A stretch of 64,000 nt of DNA from Amoebophrya sp. A120 (Eukaryota > Protista > Dinoflagellata), in contig CAJINV010000009.1 of the NCBI GenBank assembly GCA_905178155.1, positions 2,395,373-2,459,372 of the forward strand. The letters run 5' to 3'. Made by a program: the position numbers and the translations under genes. Below the pieces are notes generated by a model. The model did not search any database, had not been told where the DNA came from, and worked only from the letters and a program-made list of their open reading frames with translations. The number at the start of each line of letters is the position of its first letter. Position 1 is the first letter of the stretch. Below, piece after piece: positions 22,901 through 35,700 of this stretch.

Positions 22901-25900
22901 ACAAGAAAGTCCCAGACCTTCTCTTTGATGCGTCCAAGAAAAGGCTTCTTTACTTTTTCCGGGACCTCCTCCGGGACTTCGGGCGCCAAAGCCTTTATGA
23001 ACATTTCTCCTTCTGCCTTCTCTTTATGGAAGTGTCAGAATCGAAATTCACAAAATCGAAAAATTTGTGATGCACAAACTCGATGTCAGTTGGAGCCTCA
23101 GTTTCCAAGTGGCGCATGACAAATTTCGGGAGCACCCAAATCCAGTCTGTCATGCTGTTTGCGCAAAGAAGGCTGCTCCTGTCAAGCCACTTTTGCAGCA
23201 GTTCCATACCCCTAAACAGGCTCACAATCGGCCTCATTTGCCTGCCCCGCAATACAGGCCTTGCGTGCCATACATTTTACGCATTACAAGTTTTTCGATT
23301 TTGTTGATTTGGATCCTGACACTCGCATACTCTTCTTGATCATGTTTGACACCGTTCTTGAAGACTTCTTCTGCCAGTTTCGCCACCTGCTTGTCCATTC
23401 CCTGCCAAAGTTCCACCGCTTCCACTTATTGAGAGGAAAAATCCCCCCCTCCCCATATCGAAAAAGTATCTTTCCGAAAATTTGCGTTGCTGATTTGAGC
23501 CTTAGTTCCCCATGATATCCGTAGGCCAGACGTGCGTTGCTGATTTGAGGTCACAAATCATATTTGTGTTGCAAGAATGAAGACAAGGGTAGAAGCTTCC
23601 GCCCCATTATGGAAGCGATTTGTCATGCTGTTGGGCCTAAAGGTCAGCCGTTTGCAATGCTGAACAACTAGACCCATACGCCCCTAGCTAGCCTGGGGAT
23701 CTGGTCGCAGTGCCTTCCTGCAATACAAATCTGATTTGTGTACGCAACTCCAGCATCACAGATTTCCTTTTTGATATGGGGAGGGGGGATTTTTCCTTTT
23801 CATACCACTTCCAGGGTATCCACTTTCTCGTTTCCTTCTACGTCGGCGAGCACATGTTGCAGGGCCGCTTCGCTCTTCTCATCGTCCGTCTGCTCGTGCT
23901 CGTCTTTATTACCCGAGTCGTTCTGGTTCTGCTGTATGCCGTTGATGTGGTCGTTCTGTGGTGGAAGTGGTAAAGCTGCAACTTTTGTAGAAGGTTGTGA
24001 CGTGATCGTGATGTTGTCGACTGCTGGCTGTGCAGCTTTTGGTGTTTTGTTCTCGAGGAAGTTGAAGAGCTTTTGCGAAAGGAATGTCGCGAGGCGTTTG
24101 GCCATGCTTTGCAACCCTTTGCCTAGCGTCGCCAATCCGTGTGCCACGTGGGTCACAAGCTTCTTGAGTTGCTCACCCGTGGCCTTTATGCCCCACGAGA
24201 CAAGTTTGCCGGCCTCGCCGAGCAGTTCGACAGCTTTCGAAAAAGCGCCGGAAACAAGCGCCCAGACCTGCGAGAGCGCAGACCGCACCAAGAAGGGCAC
24301 AATGGATCCCACAAGCCCTTTGCCCACGATGTTCTGAAATAACTCGCGCAAAAAAGTAAAAGGCTCCCCGTTCATGAACTTTTCGACCATTTTCTTCACG
24401 GTGCCGTGCAGGTAGTCGCCGATGGGCACCGCAACCCCTGGAACAAACCGAAACAGGGTTGCCTGCGCCGCGACGCCAAGGCTCAAACTGGCGGTCTGCG
24501 CCAAGCGGTCGGTCAGCACCCGGAACATACGCTTGAAACTCAACTCACCAAACGCCAGCTTGGCAATGAACTTCGAAAAGCTAGAGCCCGCATCCTTCAC
24601 TTTGTCTTTCAGCCAAGTCGCCTTCTTATAAAAGCCTCAGGTTGGAAATCCTCAAAGTGGAAAGAATTTGTGATGCATGAAATGCAAGGCAAAAAAGACT
24701 GCATTGCAGAGGACACAATGGAGACCGACTCTTGTCCTGCTAGGGGTGAAGAGTTGGAGTGTTGCTTAGCACGAGAGAAGGGCACCCCTTTGCCTTAACC
24801 TGCATGACAGACATGCTTGAAGGGCCCGGGAACTGTGTCATGCGCCGACTACAAACGGCGCTTCTATTGGAGTCGTTTTTTTGCATTACAAATTATTTCC
24901 ACTTTGAGGATTTCCAACCTGAGGCTTTCATACTTCTCGAGCAGGGACCGGAAGATGTTGCGCAAGTCCGGAATCTATCACATGCAAAAGTGTCTGGGTC
25001 CGGAAGATTCCAGGAGTTTGTCATGCATGTTCTGGATCACGCAACGAACTGGTCTCTAGTGCACGCAAAAGCATTACAGGTTTTGCCCAGGCCTCCTGAT
25101 GTCTATCCCGCATGAGAAATAATTCCCTATTTGCGTAGCACGAAGTGGAAAGCTTTTGGTGCCTATGCAATACAAATTTTTGCCTATTCCAGAAATTGCA
25201 TGACAAGTTCCAATTCTTCCAGACCCAGACATTTTTGCATTTGATAGAATCCGCCGCTTCACTCCTTCCCAAAAATTTTTCGCAACCCCGCCGAAGAAGG
25301 AGCTGGACTGGTACCAAGCTACAACCTCTTCGGCTTTTACTTCTCTTTTCCCAGCAGCTAGGCACTGCTGATTTATTTCCTGCTTCTTTCCATCAGGAGC
25401 TTGAGCTTCTACTGGGCACTGCAAGTCAGTTGTTGCAGCAAATGTTCCTTCTCCCTGCAACATTTTCGCCACTGCAAGCGGGATGATTTCATCGTTTTGC
25501 AGCACGTCGCTCTCGGAATTTGTGTCGTCCAAAGTTTTTTGTTGCTGTTCCTGGATGCGACGAAAGCGTTCAGCTTGGCGACGGGCTTCGGCTTCCTCCC
25601 GTTCTCGCTCTTGTTCTTCCTCGCGCCTTTTCAGGGCTAAAAGGTCGTCCCGAGCTTGCTCGTACGGTCTACCGAACGCAGCGGCAAACTCCATGTCCAT
25701 ATCCTTATGGATGTGTCAGAGTTGAAATCGACAAAGTTGAAATAATTTGTCATGCATAAAATCGATGCCAGTTGGAGCCCAGTTTTCAAGTGGCGCATGA
25801 CAAATTTCGGCGGTCCCTAAATCCAGTTTGTCATGCTGTTTAGGCAAAGAAGAGTGGTTTTCTCATGCTACTTTAGCAGCTCGAGCTGTAACCCCCAACC

Positions 25901-27309
25901 AGGCTTACAATCGGCCTCACTTGCCTGCTCTGCAACACACGCGCCTCGGGTCATGCATTTCATGCATTACAAATTATTTCAACTTTGACGATTTCAAACC
26001 TGACGCTTCCATAATCCTCCGGACTTCCGTAATCGAAGTCGTCGTCGTAGAAGGGGGACAGTCCTCGCTGCAGCGCACTGCTCTGCACTTATCCAAGAGA
26101 AAAACGTTGTTAGTGTAAATTTGTGATGCGCAACATGCAAGATGATTGCGTCTGTCATGCTTGGCATGCATTGTAGGGTCCATCACAGGGCGTTTTCACG
26201 TACTATCTGCGCATGACAGGTTTTTGCTCTCATGCCAGACAGATTTGTAATGCTGTTCCTCCAAAAAAGTTACACCTACAATGTTTTTTTCTTGGATAGC
26301 ACTTGCTCCGTTTCCAGTATCTTCCCCGAGAGTGACGTCGAGTAGACATGCGCCAGCACCTCCTGCTGCTCACTCTGATCAACCTGCTGATCATCGTCCT
26401 CGTCATAATCGTATCAAGTGTAAAAATGTCTGGGTCTGGAAGAGTGTTAAACTTGTCATGCAGGTTATTTTCCATGACCCATGAGGTCTGGTCTGGAATG
26501 CGGGACCTAGCATGACAGAGTCCGCGAGGTCTCTGTCATGCCTATCCTGCATGAGAAACTCCCTCCCAACTTGGTCGAAACTGGGCAGCTTTTGGTAGTC
26601 ATGCAACACAGATTTTTGCATGATTCGGCTTCAGCATGACAAGTTGCAATCCCAATCTTCCAGACCCAGACATTTTTACATTTGATAAATCGGCTGAGTG
26701 TCCGAGGTACAACTCCAACATCGGCCCGTTATCGTCTGCTGGTAAATCATGTAGTTCTGCCTCCTTCTCGCGTGCAAAAGACACGACTGCTCCTTCAGGG
26801 TCGACGTTCCTGGTGCCCTCAAATGGGCGAGTATACGATGCTTCGTCCTCACGGCGGAGGTTCGACGAATGCGGCTGGTCCGCGAAGATTCTACTGCGAG
26901 GTACGTCTTGCGTCTGCAGGAACGCACGGCCCCCCTGCGCATCAGATTTTTCGTTTGGCGAGGACGATAAGGATATTAACCTAGGCGTGCGCGGCTCCGC
27001 CTCCGGCTCCGGCTCGTCGGAGTCGTCGGAGGAAATTGTGTTCTCAATACTACTAATCATCCCAGCATCTGCCTCGGGTGAGTCGTTTTCAGTCTCCTGA
27101 CCCTCCTTCCTCCGCAGTTCCATCAGCTCTGCAGCAACGAATAAGCCGCAGCCGGAGTAGAGCGTTGTGTTGGAGGCCGAGGTGCTGGTAATCGTGGTAA
27201 AAATAGTACCGGCATTATTAACACCGCCTCCCAGGAGCTCGAGCGCCCTGGCCAAGAAGAGATGAAGTACGCCACATGTAGAAGCAGTACGACCCAGCAG
27301 CAACAACAT
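16981..27309 (-). CDS. Large hypothetical protein split by 19 introners; 3' end unresolved
   Basis: Exons stay in frame at the junctions translated after removing element + one TSD (e.g. HSAD|YDEDDDQQ, SPED|MDMEF, EVVLG|TVVDYVFP, KICP|ILGPVEF); start codon tentative. Confidence 0.7.
17059..17201. mobile_element. Introner family C (TIR TGCAAAAGTATCG)
   Basis: TAT...ATA, TSD acgct. Confidence 0.9.
17259..17530. mobile_element. Introner family A
   Basis: TAT...ATA, TSD cggac. Confidence 0.9.
17592..17819. mobile_element. Introner family H (TIR TATGGCGTTCTCAA)
   Basis: TAT...ATA, TSD tgcca. Confidence 0.9.
17966..18928 (-). mobile_element. Non-autonomous Helitron-like element (family 1)
   Basis: Minus-strand 3' end: palindrome cgccggcgtcc-t-ggacgccggcg then taatggtCTAG; inserted between A and T with no TSD; 5' end TA rather than TC. 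Confidence 0.7.
18380..18604. repeat. 12-bp minisatellite (CCCCAGATATAT)n inside the Helitron-like element
   Basis: About 18 tandem degenerate copies. Confidence 0.95.
19189..19473. mobile_element. Introner family B
   Basis: TAT...ATA, TSD cgcga/cacga. Confidence 0.85.
19518..19841. mobile_element. Introner family D (TIR TATGGAAGYGTCAG..GAAATCG)
   Basis: TAT...ATA, TSD aacag. Confidence 0.9.
19910..20243. mobile_element. Introner family I (TIR AAAAATCCCCCCTCCCCATAT)
   Basis: TAT...ATA, TSD gcttt. Confidence 0.9.
20341..20489. mobile_element. Introner family C
   Basis: TAT...ATA, TSD tgttc. Confidence 0.9.
20556..20708. mobile_element. Introner family E (TIR AAATTTCCYGTACATGTACA)
   Basis: TAT...ATA, TSD ctcga. 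Confidence 0.9.
20852..22025. mobile_element. Introner family D carrying a nested Helitron-like insertion
   Basis: TAT...ATA, TSD cgttg; flanks match the uninterrupted copy 25706-26013. Confidence 0.9.
21122..21988 (-). mobile_element. Non-autonomous Helitron-like element (family 2, copy 1)
   Basis: Minus strand starts TTACTATCTATTATATTCATGCG and ends hairpin GCTCCGGC-gtta-GCCGGAGC + ATGGCTGG (CTRR); A|T target, no TSD; homologous to 44088-45023. Confidence 0.8.
22168..22439. mobile_element. Introner family A
   Basis: TAT...ATA, TSD ggaaa. Confidence 0.9.
22494..22801. mobile_element. Introner family D
   Basis: TAT...ATA, TSD gaaag/gaaaa. Confidence 0.85.
23025..23329. mobile_element. Introner family D
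   Basis: TAT...ATA, TSD ctctt. Confidence 0.9.
23427..23804. mobile_element. Introner family I
   Basis: TAT...ATA, TSD ccact. Confidence 0.9.
24627..24932. mobile_element. Introner, D-related subfamily (TIR AAAGCCTCAGGTTGGAAATCCTCAAAGTGGAAA)
   Basis: TAT...ATA, TSD cttct, TIR of ~37 bp. Confidence 0.9.
24976..25246. mobile_element. Introner family A
   Basis: TAT...ATA, TSD gaatc. Confidence 0.9.
25706..26013. mobile_element. Introner family D
   Basis: TAT...ATA, TSD atcct. Confidence 0.9.
26090..26298. mobile_element. Introner family G (TIR TATCCAAGA.AAAAA..TTGT..GTGTAA)
   Basis: TAT...ATA, TSD gcact. Confidence 0.9.
26412..26687. mobile_element. Introner family A
   Basis: TAT...ATA, TSD aatcg. 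Confidence 0.9.
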
Positions 27310-29409
27310 GTTGATCGCGAACAAACAGAAAAGGACCAAGACCCGCCCACTTCTCCCGCATGATACCAGTCTTCGACCGCTGGAGTGCTCGTCGTGGTGT
27401 GTGCGCAAAAATCTCCTGTCCTCACTAAGGCCTGCATTTTTATTCCCACTGTCGATAGACTTAGACGCTCTGCATCTGGGAAAGCCGCGCCCAGGGCCCT
27501 GAAGAATAAACGGAGGAGGTCGAACCTCCATCGATAAAGTTGAAGTTCTGCTGCAGCTTTTTGATTATTTTGTCTTGGCTCCCGTCGACGACAAGTAGGC
27601 CTGGTTTGGTTTTCATGTACGAAATTTCATTGCGTGGGGCAGTGCATCAATCATGAGGCGCGACAAGAATTTCTTGCACAAAATTCAAGTTCAATCTTCG
27701 AAGATCCGCATAAGAAAACAACCCCGACCTGGACCTCCAAAATAGCAATACTAGGTACTATAAACACGCTGCAGAACAACTACAAAGTTGGAAGTATACC
27801 GTTATGAAATGACTCAGCAGCGCCTTCTTCGCGGTGTAGATATTCAACGGGCCGAGAGGTGAGTCGTGGTGGTTGATGAATCTGTGGAGCACCCTGTGGA
27901 AAAACTCGCCCCCGAGTACTTACAGCAGCTAGGTCGCGGCTCTTGATGAAGATTGCTCCATCGCTGTGCTGATCTTCATGATCAATCGAGCAGCCGGGGG
28001 GGCAGAAAGTAGGAAGTCAAATCATGATTCAAAGTGTCGATCTTTCTCCTAGGCGGGGGGAGGTGCCTCGTCAAGTGGTAAAACTAAAATTCATAAATAT
28101 ACTTAAAAAAGAAATTCAAATTATCGGGATACTTGAAGAATTAAAGGGAAGGTGATGTCCTCGTCGCGTCACAAATGTAGTTGGACGCGCAAGAACAAGT
28201 TGAAGCTCTGTCCAAATAGAAATATCACTTGTTAAACATAATATCGCGACAAAGTTATTTCGCCTTGTTTTCCTCCATGCGCGATATCCATAATATGTTA
28301 TGTGAGTGTTCCAGCACCGCGACCAACTTATATAAAAACGATGAGACAGACCAAAACGCACGGCGGCCGACCGATCAAGACTGACGTCAACATCTTTGGC
28401 ATAAAGTCTTTTCTTTGGATGCACCGATCTCGATCCTAGTCCTATCAGGATTTCTGACAAGAACCCCTCGACGGAAGGGGTGACCGACTCAGACAGTAAA
28501 AAGAGTGGACGACGAGTTCTTGCAGCACTAGTAGAAGTCAAGTGGAAATCATATTTTGCAATAGTAGAAGTCGACGAGTAGTTCTTGCATTAGTGGAAGT
28601 GGTGGACGAGTTGCACTCACGCAAAAACCGAAGAAACCGCGTAGAAGTTGTAGCTGTAGATACCGATTAATTTTGAAAAATACAGAGACCGACACGCGCT
28701 GAGGCCCAGAATTGTAATCACGCCGCTACGAAGAGCGGCACTATTTTTGCGTCGAGCATACCATCGGGGAAAGCAGGGTGGGCCCGCCTCCCGCCCTTTC
28801 GCCCGCTGGGGATCCCGCCTGCGGGGGGGCCCTTCACACTGCGCACAGGGCGAGAAAGTGTGCTTGTTCTTCCCTACCAGACTTCATTCCATTTTGGTTT
28901 TGCTACACTTCGTTAAAGTTAATATGCTTCAATTTCTCTTTTCCCGCCATCTGTAGTTTCTATATTCTTTGGAAAGAGCTCGACAAAATTGTTGACCAGC
29001 AAAACATCCACCTCCACCACAAGGCACCGAGCAGCGAGCCCGGCGACGAGACGGCGCGTGCATTGCTTATGCTTGTCCGAATCTTCGTACTAGCCAAAAT
29101 TGGGGTGAACGATGATGATCATCTCGTCCTCACGACTTATTTATCATTATTAAGAAGAGTAGTTGTTGAGAAAAAATTAAGTACAAGGCAAATCTATTTT
29201 AAGTATGAGTTAGTAGTAGACGATGAAATAAAAATGATCACAGCTCCGGTCGTTCCTTTTCTCAGAAAGAAAAGCCCTGAGGTACTTAATTTACGCAATA
29301 TTAATCAGCAGGCAAGTTACGCAGTGAAGAAGAGATATTCTAATTTTCGCTTTGTTCCCAAATATCGCTGGCCTAAGTCCGAGAGGACTAGCTTGGCCAC
29401 GTTGTTGTC

Positions 29410-29646
29410 TATGAGTGCGCACAACTCCCCCTCGTCCCCCTCATCTTCTGTCATACAAAACATCAAATCCACCCTTTGATGCCTCTTGGCACCTCTTGCA
29501 TGACAGGTTCTGGTAGATCAAACAGCACTACAATACTGGGTAAACTTGTCATGGAAAACCCGCATTCTTGCCGACGCTCGGGCTCGTATTGCTGCTCATG
29601 TGTCAATACAAATGAGGGCCGGGAGGATGAGTTGTGCACTTTCATA
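29410..29646. mobile_element. Introner family J (TIR GTGCACAACTCCCC), downstream of a stop codon (probable 3' UTR)
   Basis: TAT...ATA, TSD ttgtc. Confidence 0.85.
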
Positions 29647-29779
29647 TTGTCCTTTTCTTCTTGAAGTAGCACTAGTAAGCAAAGACGAAGCTGCCAACAT
29701 GTCCGGAGATGACCAGCTTCATAAGTGGTTTGTTTGTTTGTTGAGGATAGAGTCAGCCCATGATCTCAAAAAATATTTT

Positions 29780-32700
29780 TTATGTTGAATAAACACACAA
29801 GCCAAGAAAAACAAGGCCAATCCCAACAGGTAGCAGAACCTGAAAAAGCCCGAGAATCTATAAGAGTGCACAACCCGTTATGGCGTTCTCAAATGTTACA
29901 TTCTCAACTGTTACATGAATTTGTAATGCAAGAACGGCAAAAAGAAAAACGAATGGGGGAAGCTTGCGCCTCTTGCATTACAGATTTGGCACAGATTTAC
30001 ATGTTATTTAGCCCTTTCGGAGATTTGTCATGCGAAGCAGCTTAATGGTGGCGAGCTTGGTGGCAAATTTGCATGACAAATCATGTAACAGTTGAGAATG
30101 TAACAATTGAGAATCCCATACCCGTCCCCCTCTCGCCCTCATATCCAAATCCATGCTATGTTGTCATGCAAAATACTAAATCCACATGACATGCTGCCAC
30201 TGCCTTGTACACTGTTTGCAAGGCAAATTCTGGAGGCCAAAACTAACAGTACCCCCGTAGAAGGCGCATGAACTATGCACGACGGCATACACGACGTGCG
30301 CTGGCATTTGTCTTGCTGGTCGTGGCATACAAATGAGGGACGATTTGTGCACTCGCATAAAATCGTATACAAAAAAAACATCTTCACGGCGCAAACCACT
30401 ACAGCGCCCAGGGTCAAGCCCCCATCTGCAAGACCTTGCCGAAAACGGTGCACCTGCAGAAGCGTGGTTGCTTGATCAGTCTCAATCTGGTCGTGTGTTC
30501 TTGTTGTTGACAGCACTGCGGCCCCCCTTCTCGTCGGCAAATAAGCCACAGGAGTGGTCTCATGCGCGGCCATTCTTGTCGGCAAAGCTAAAGCAGTCTC
30601 ATCACCTTCGGTTTTTTGAAGCGTCGAGCTTTTTTCGGTAACATCCGGAGCGTTGTTTTTTTTGTTGTTCTCCGCTCCTGTGTATGCAATGCAAAAGCAT
30701 CGCACTTGTACAAATTGCATTTACAAAAAACTTGATGCTCTGGGTGACAAATGCAATTTGTGATGCTGTTTCACCTTAGGAAGAAGATTTGTCATGCATA
30801 TTTGCAATTAGTACCTACGAGTACGATACTTTTGCACATGATACTGTGGTGTCAACCTCCACCTCCGCGCTGCCGGGCAACGTGGTTATGCAAGAAAAAA
30901 CCTGCGTAAGTGTAAATCTGTGATGCAGAATTATGTAAAACAGTTATCAATTGTCATGCTGGATTTGCGTCATAGGCAACTTTTATACGCGTTTCCGATG
31001 ATACTAGCTGCGCATGACAGGTTTTTCCTGTAATGCAAAGCGAAAGCGAACTTGTGATGCTGCTTTTCCTACAAAGTTACACTTACACAGTTTTTTTCCT
31101 GGATAGTAGTGAGAACATCGGCAATGCGAAGCTCAGCCTTGTCCGTGCCAAAACCTGGGATCGTACTCATCACGTCATACCCGCTGGTTTGCAAGTATGC
31201 AATACAAATTTCCCGCACATGTACAACATGCATCACAAATTTCACCAGTTTGGAACGTAAAACTTGTCATGTTAAACTTGGATCGAGACCAAGTTTTGTC
31301 ATGCAGAAACCGCATCTGTACGTGTACGGGAAATTTACTGTGGATAGCAAGAAGTTCCACTTCTCTTCCTCAGCTAGAAATTGCACCTGCCGCGAAAGAA
31401 CCTCGTCGGAGGTCCTCGTGGTTTGTTCTTGTTGTTGCAAGGGGACCACCCCTGGCGACGTCGTCCCCGTCCCCGTGCCCAGGAAATAGGAGATACCGAC
31501 TTCGAAGGTTTTATGGATCTGTCAGGATTGAAATCGTCGCATTGTCATGCATAAAATGCAATAGACAATAGACACCCGTGCATAAAATGCAAGGCATGAA
31601 GTGCCTGTCTTGCCGGGATGGCAAGTGAGGCAGATTGTGAGCCTATTTAGGGTTTGGGACAGAGCTGCTATCTAAAGGAGCACGACAGAAGCAGTCTTCT
31701 GTGCCCAAACAGCATGACAAATTGGATTCCGGCGCTTCGTAAATTTGTCATGCGCCGCTTGGAAATTGGTCTTCCAACTAGTATCCATTTTATGCATGAC
31801 AAATCATTTCAACTATGTCGATTTCAAACCTGACGCTTCCATAGGTTTTTTGTGCGGTGGCCGTCAGCAGCTGCAGCATTTTTTGTTCCCGGGCTTGATC
31901 CGATACAACAAGACCACGAGCGTCGCGGTCCTCATCTGCAAGTCGCACGAGAGTGGGGAGCGGTTTACTAGGGTCCAGAGACCGGAAATAGGTAGAACCA
32001 TTCGCAGGATTTGGATTCGGCGAAACATTCGAAGCAGGAGTTGTAGTATCCCCGGCCGAGGATAATTCTGTTGTTTTTCCTGTTGCTGTTCCCAACCCGC
32101 CCTGCCGCAGGAAGGTGGCAGCGAGTCCTTTATCCTGTGCAAAAATGTTTCGCATTCGTATAGCAATCATGCAATGTTTTTTTTAAAAACGTAAATCGGC
32201 ATTTGCATTACAATTTTTATCTCTACTCATGCTGAGGAAATAAGTTGTAATGCATTTATACAACGAGTACGATACTTGTTTTGCAGTTCATATGCTTGGA
32301 CCGAGTGCAACGATGCGGCGAAGGGAGCGATGAATATTCTGAGTAAAAATGTCACCACGCCAGAGCTGTCATGCAAATCTGCATGCCAAAAAAGTTTCTC
32401 ATGCGGAGCGTCATGAGAGCCGTTTCCTAGTCGTGTTTTGGAATTTGTGATGCTATAATCAGCACGATATGCTAGATCTGTGATGCTTCGGAACTAGCTA
32501 AACAGGACTACACTACCAGGACAAACTTGTCATGCGAAACAACCATAGCTGGTTGATTTGTCTAGCAGATTTCCCATCTTGACTCTGGCATGGGGACACT
32601 TTTACTCAGGATAATGAACGACTTTTCCTCTTCCTCGATTATCAACTCGACTGCCCCGGCCTCACTACCGCCCCCCGCATTGTGGAACATGCGGGGAAAA

Positions 32701-35700
32701 AAAGCCGTGCCGTTGGGCTGAATCGGAAACAGGATGTACGTATCAAATGTAACTAAAAGTGTCTGGGTCTGGGAACTTGTGATGCTGGGTGGCGTCTCAT
32801 GATGAGGCCACAAGTGCTTTTTGCATGACAAGTTTCTGAGCCACCTCTAAGTGTTGCCTATTCTGCATGACAAACTGCGTTTCTGCATCACAGAAAAGTG
32901 GAGCTCTTGGGTAACGTGCATGACAGATTCTCGAGTCATGCCAGACAAGCATGACAAACTTGCATTCTTCCAGACCCAGACATTTTTACATTTCATAGTA
33001 CGGCTGCGGCGCTGCCGGCTGCAAATTGGTGCTGCTTGATGTCGTTTTCCTGGTTCTTGTACTAGCGATTATACCTTCAACATCGCTCCTCCCGCTGGCA
33101 CTACTTCGAGAGTCAACTACGCCGGCAGAGTCATCTTCACGAGGACCTTCGTCGTCTTTATCCTGTGCAAAAGTATCGTGTACTCGTATAAATGCATTAC
33201 AAATTTTCTCACCATGAGAAATAACATGCGGATTTACCTAACGAAAAAGATTTGCAATGCATGACTGCACTTACTACGAGTACGATACTTTTGCACTTCA
33301 TAGTCTTCTTTTGTCAGCAACGACAAGGGGTCCATTTCCTTCGCCATCTGCCGCGTTTGCTTCATAAGTTTGGGAATGTCGCGCGCGAGAATCTTCTTTT
33401 TCAGCACTTGCAGCTTGCGCAGCCGCCCCGCCCGAGGGGCGGACTTCAAAAAGTTCAAAAACCGATTTTCGGATTCCATAGCGTGCAAGACTTTCTGCAC
33501 TTCCTCTTCGACCACCTGCAGCTGCAGCTTCTGTTCGTCATACAAGCCTTCAATGAGTTTCTCGTGCATGGAGAGCAGCGTTTCGCTCACTTTCAGGTTC
33601 AGCTGACAGCGAAAGGGGACACTATCCAGTCCGTGCTGTTTTGTGTAAGATCGGAGGGCATCAAATGTAAAAATGTCTCTGGGTCTGGAAACTTGTAATG
33701 CTGCGTTGGGAAAAATAGTGAGTGCTCTGGTATGTTGCACAGGCAAGCATGAGAAATGTCTGCGCTTCTTTGTGTTGCATTTTGCGCATGACAGACTGCG
33801 TTTCTCTTTTTGCATGACAGGCAAAAGGGTCTCTTCTTGGACACGCATCTACAAACTTTTTGGTCATGCCAGACAAGCATGACAAATCTCGCAATCTTCT
33901 TCCAGACCCAGACACTTTTTCATTTGATAGAGGGTGGAGAGGTCTTTATGGTTCTGCTCGCGCTCAAAAATCTTTCCGTTTTCGTTTGTGCCCAAAGGTC
34001 CGTCGTCGAAAGGCTTGAAAATAAACATATCCGAGGTTTGGCGCTGCACCACACGATATCATGTGCAAAAATGCCAGGGTCTGGAAACTTGTAATGCTAA
34101 AAGTGAATGATAGACGCACTGCAATACGCAGCTATGCATGACAAATTTTTTGGCTCCCATGTCTTACGTATTCCGCATGGCAAACTGCGTTTTCGCATGA
34201 ACGGCAATAGGGCCTTTTGTTGCCTATGCAACATAGATTCTCGAATCATGCCAGACAAGCATGACAAACTTGCATTCTTCCCGACCCAGACGTTTTTACA
34301 TTTGATACACGAAAAGAGGGCGGCAGCTTCAAATAGTGAAGGTCAGCGATGGGGATAGCTTTCTGCAGGTCGGTATGGATTGCAAAAGTGTCTGGGTCTG
34401 GAAGATTGCAACTTGTGATGCTGAATCCGAATGATGCAAAAATCTGTGTTGCATGAGTGCCAAAAGCTATCCCCCCTTTCGATCAAGTTGGGAGGGAGAT
34501 TCTCATGCAGGAGAGGCATGGCAGATGAGACCTCACAGACTCTGTCATGCTAAGTCCTGCATTACAGACCTGCTCATGGGGCATGAAAAATATGCGTGAC
34601 AAATCTGCATCTTCCAGACCCAGACATTTTTGCATTTGATAGTCGGTGCACATGTCACGCTTCTGCCGCCGATCCAGTACGGGCTGCGGGTGGTTATCCT
34701 GAGGAAAAACGTCCCCACCCCACAGTCAGGTTGGTAAAGTTGCAACACAAATCTCCAAGTTTTGGGAGTTATGCATGACAAGTTTGGCCTCGTAGTGTAA
34801 TGCTGTTTAGCTAGTTAAGCAGCGTCTTCACAGATTTAGCACATCATGCTGATTGGAGCATGACAAATTCCGAAACAAAACTAGAAAATGTCCCTCATGG
34901 GGCTCCGCACGAGAAATATTTTCAGCATGCAGATTTGCATGACAACTCTGGGGGTGGGTGGAAACGTTTTTACAAATGATAGTGGTACAGCATGACCTTG
35001 TCGCTTTCTACGATCATAACTTCGCAGACAAGCGGAAAGGATTATCCTGTGCAAAAGTATCGCACTCGTATACGTATTGCAATCATGCATTACAAATCTT
35101 TATCTTTCTCTCAAAGGTAAATCCGCGTTACAATTTTTACTGACGAGGAAATGAAGATTTGTAATGCATTTATATGAGTACGATACTTTTGCAGTTCATA
35201 AGGATTCTCCTTTCACCATGACTGCAATCATGTCCCGCGTTTTTAGGCTAGCTTCCTGGTCAACCTGGGACCAATGCGCGAGGTCGGGCGTAACCCCTGC
35301 TACGGGAGCTGCACTAACAGTTGTAGTTGCGTTCAAGTTATGGATTGTAAAAATGTCTGGGTCTGGAAGGTTGGAACTTGTAATGCTAGCTTTCCATACC
35401 TAGAAAATCTGTATTGCATAACCAACAAAAGTCGCAGCCTCTTTTGTCATGCAAAAACGCAGTTTCTCATGCGGATTGCCTATGAGAAAGCGTTTTGGGA
35501 AGTTGTCATGCCGGACTGCATTCGGAAGTGTCTTCATCCTGCACATTTTAGCATCAGAAGTTTCCAGACCCAGACATTTTTGCATTTGATACAAGTCGGG
35601 AGAATTATTACCCTCTCCAATCCGCTCCACCGCCGTTTTCATCCGATATTACAATGAAAAATGCCCCCTCCCCATATCAAAACGGAAATCTGTGATGCAG

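Noticed and set aside
28778-29479. 233-aa plus-strand ORF
   Set aside because: Non-ATG start, AT-rich, runs into an introner and has no recognisable motifs; likely non-coding.
30366-30682. TAT followed by an A-run, resembling an introner start
   Set aside because: No matching TIR, ATA end or TSD, no GCATNAC motifs, and the region is an open coding exon.
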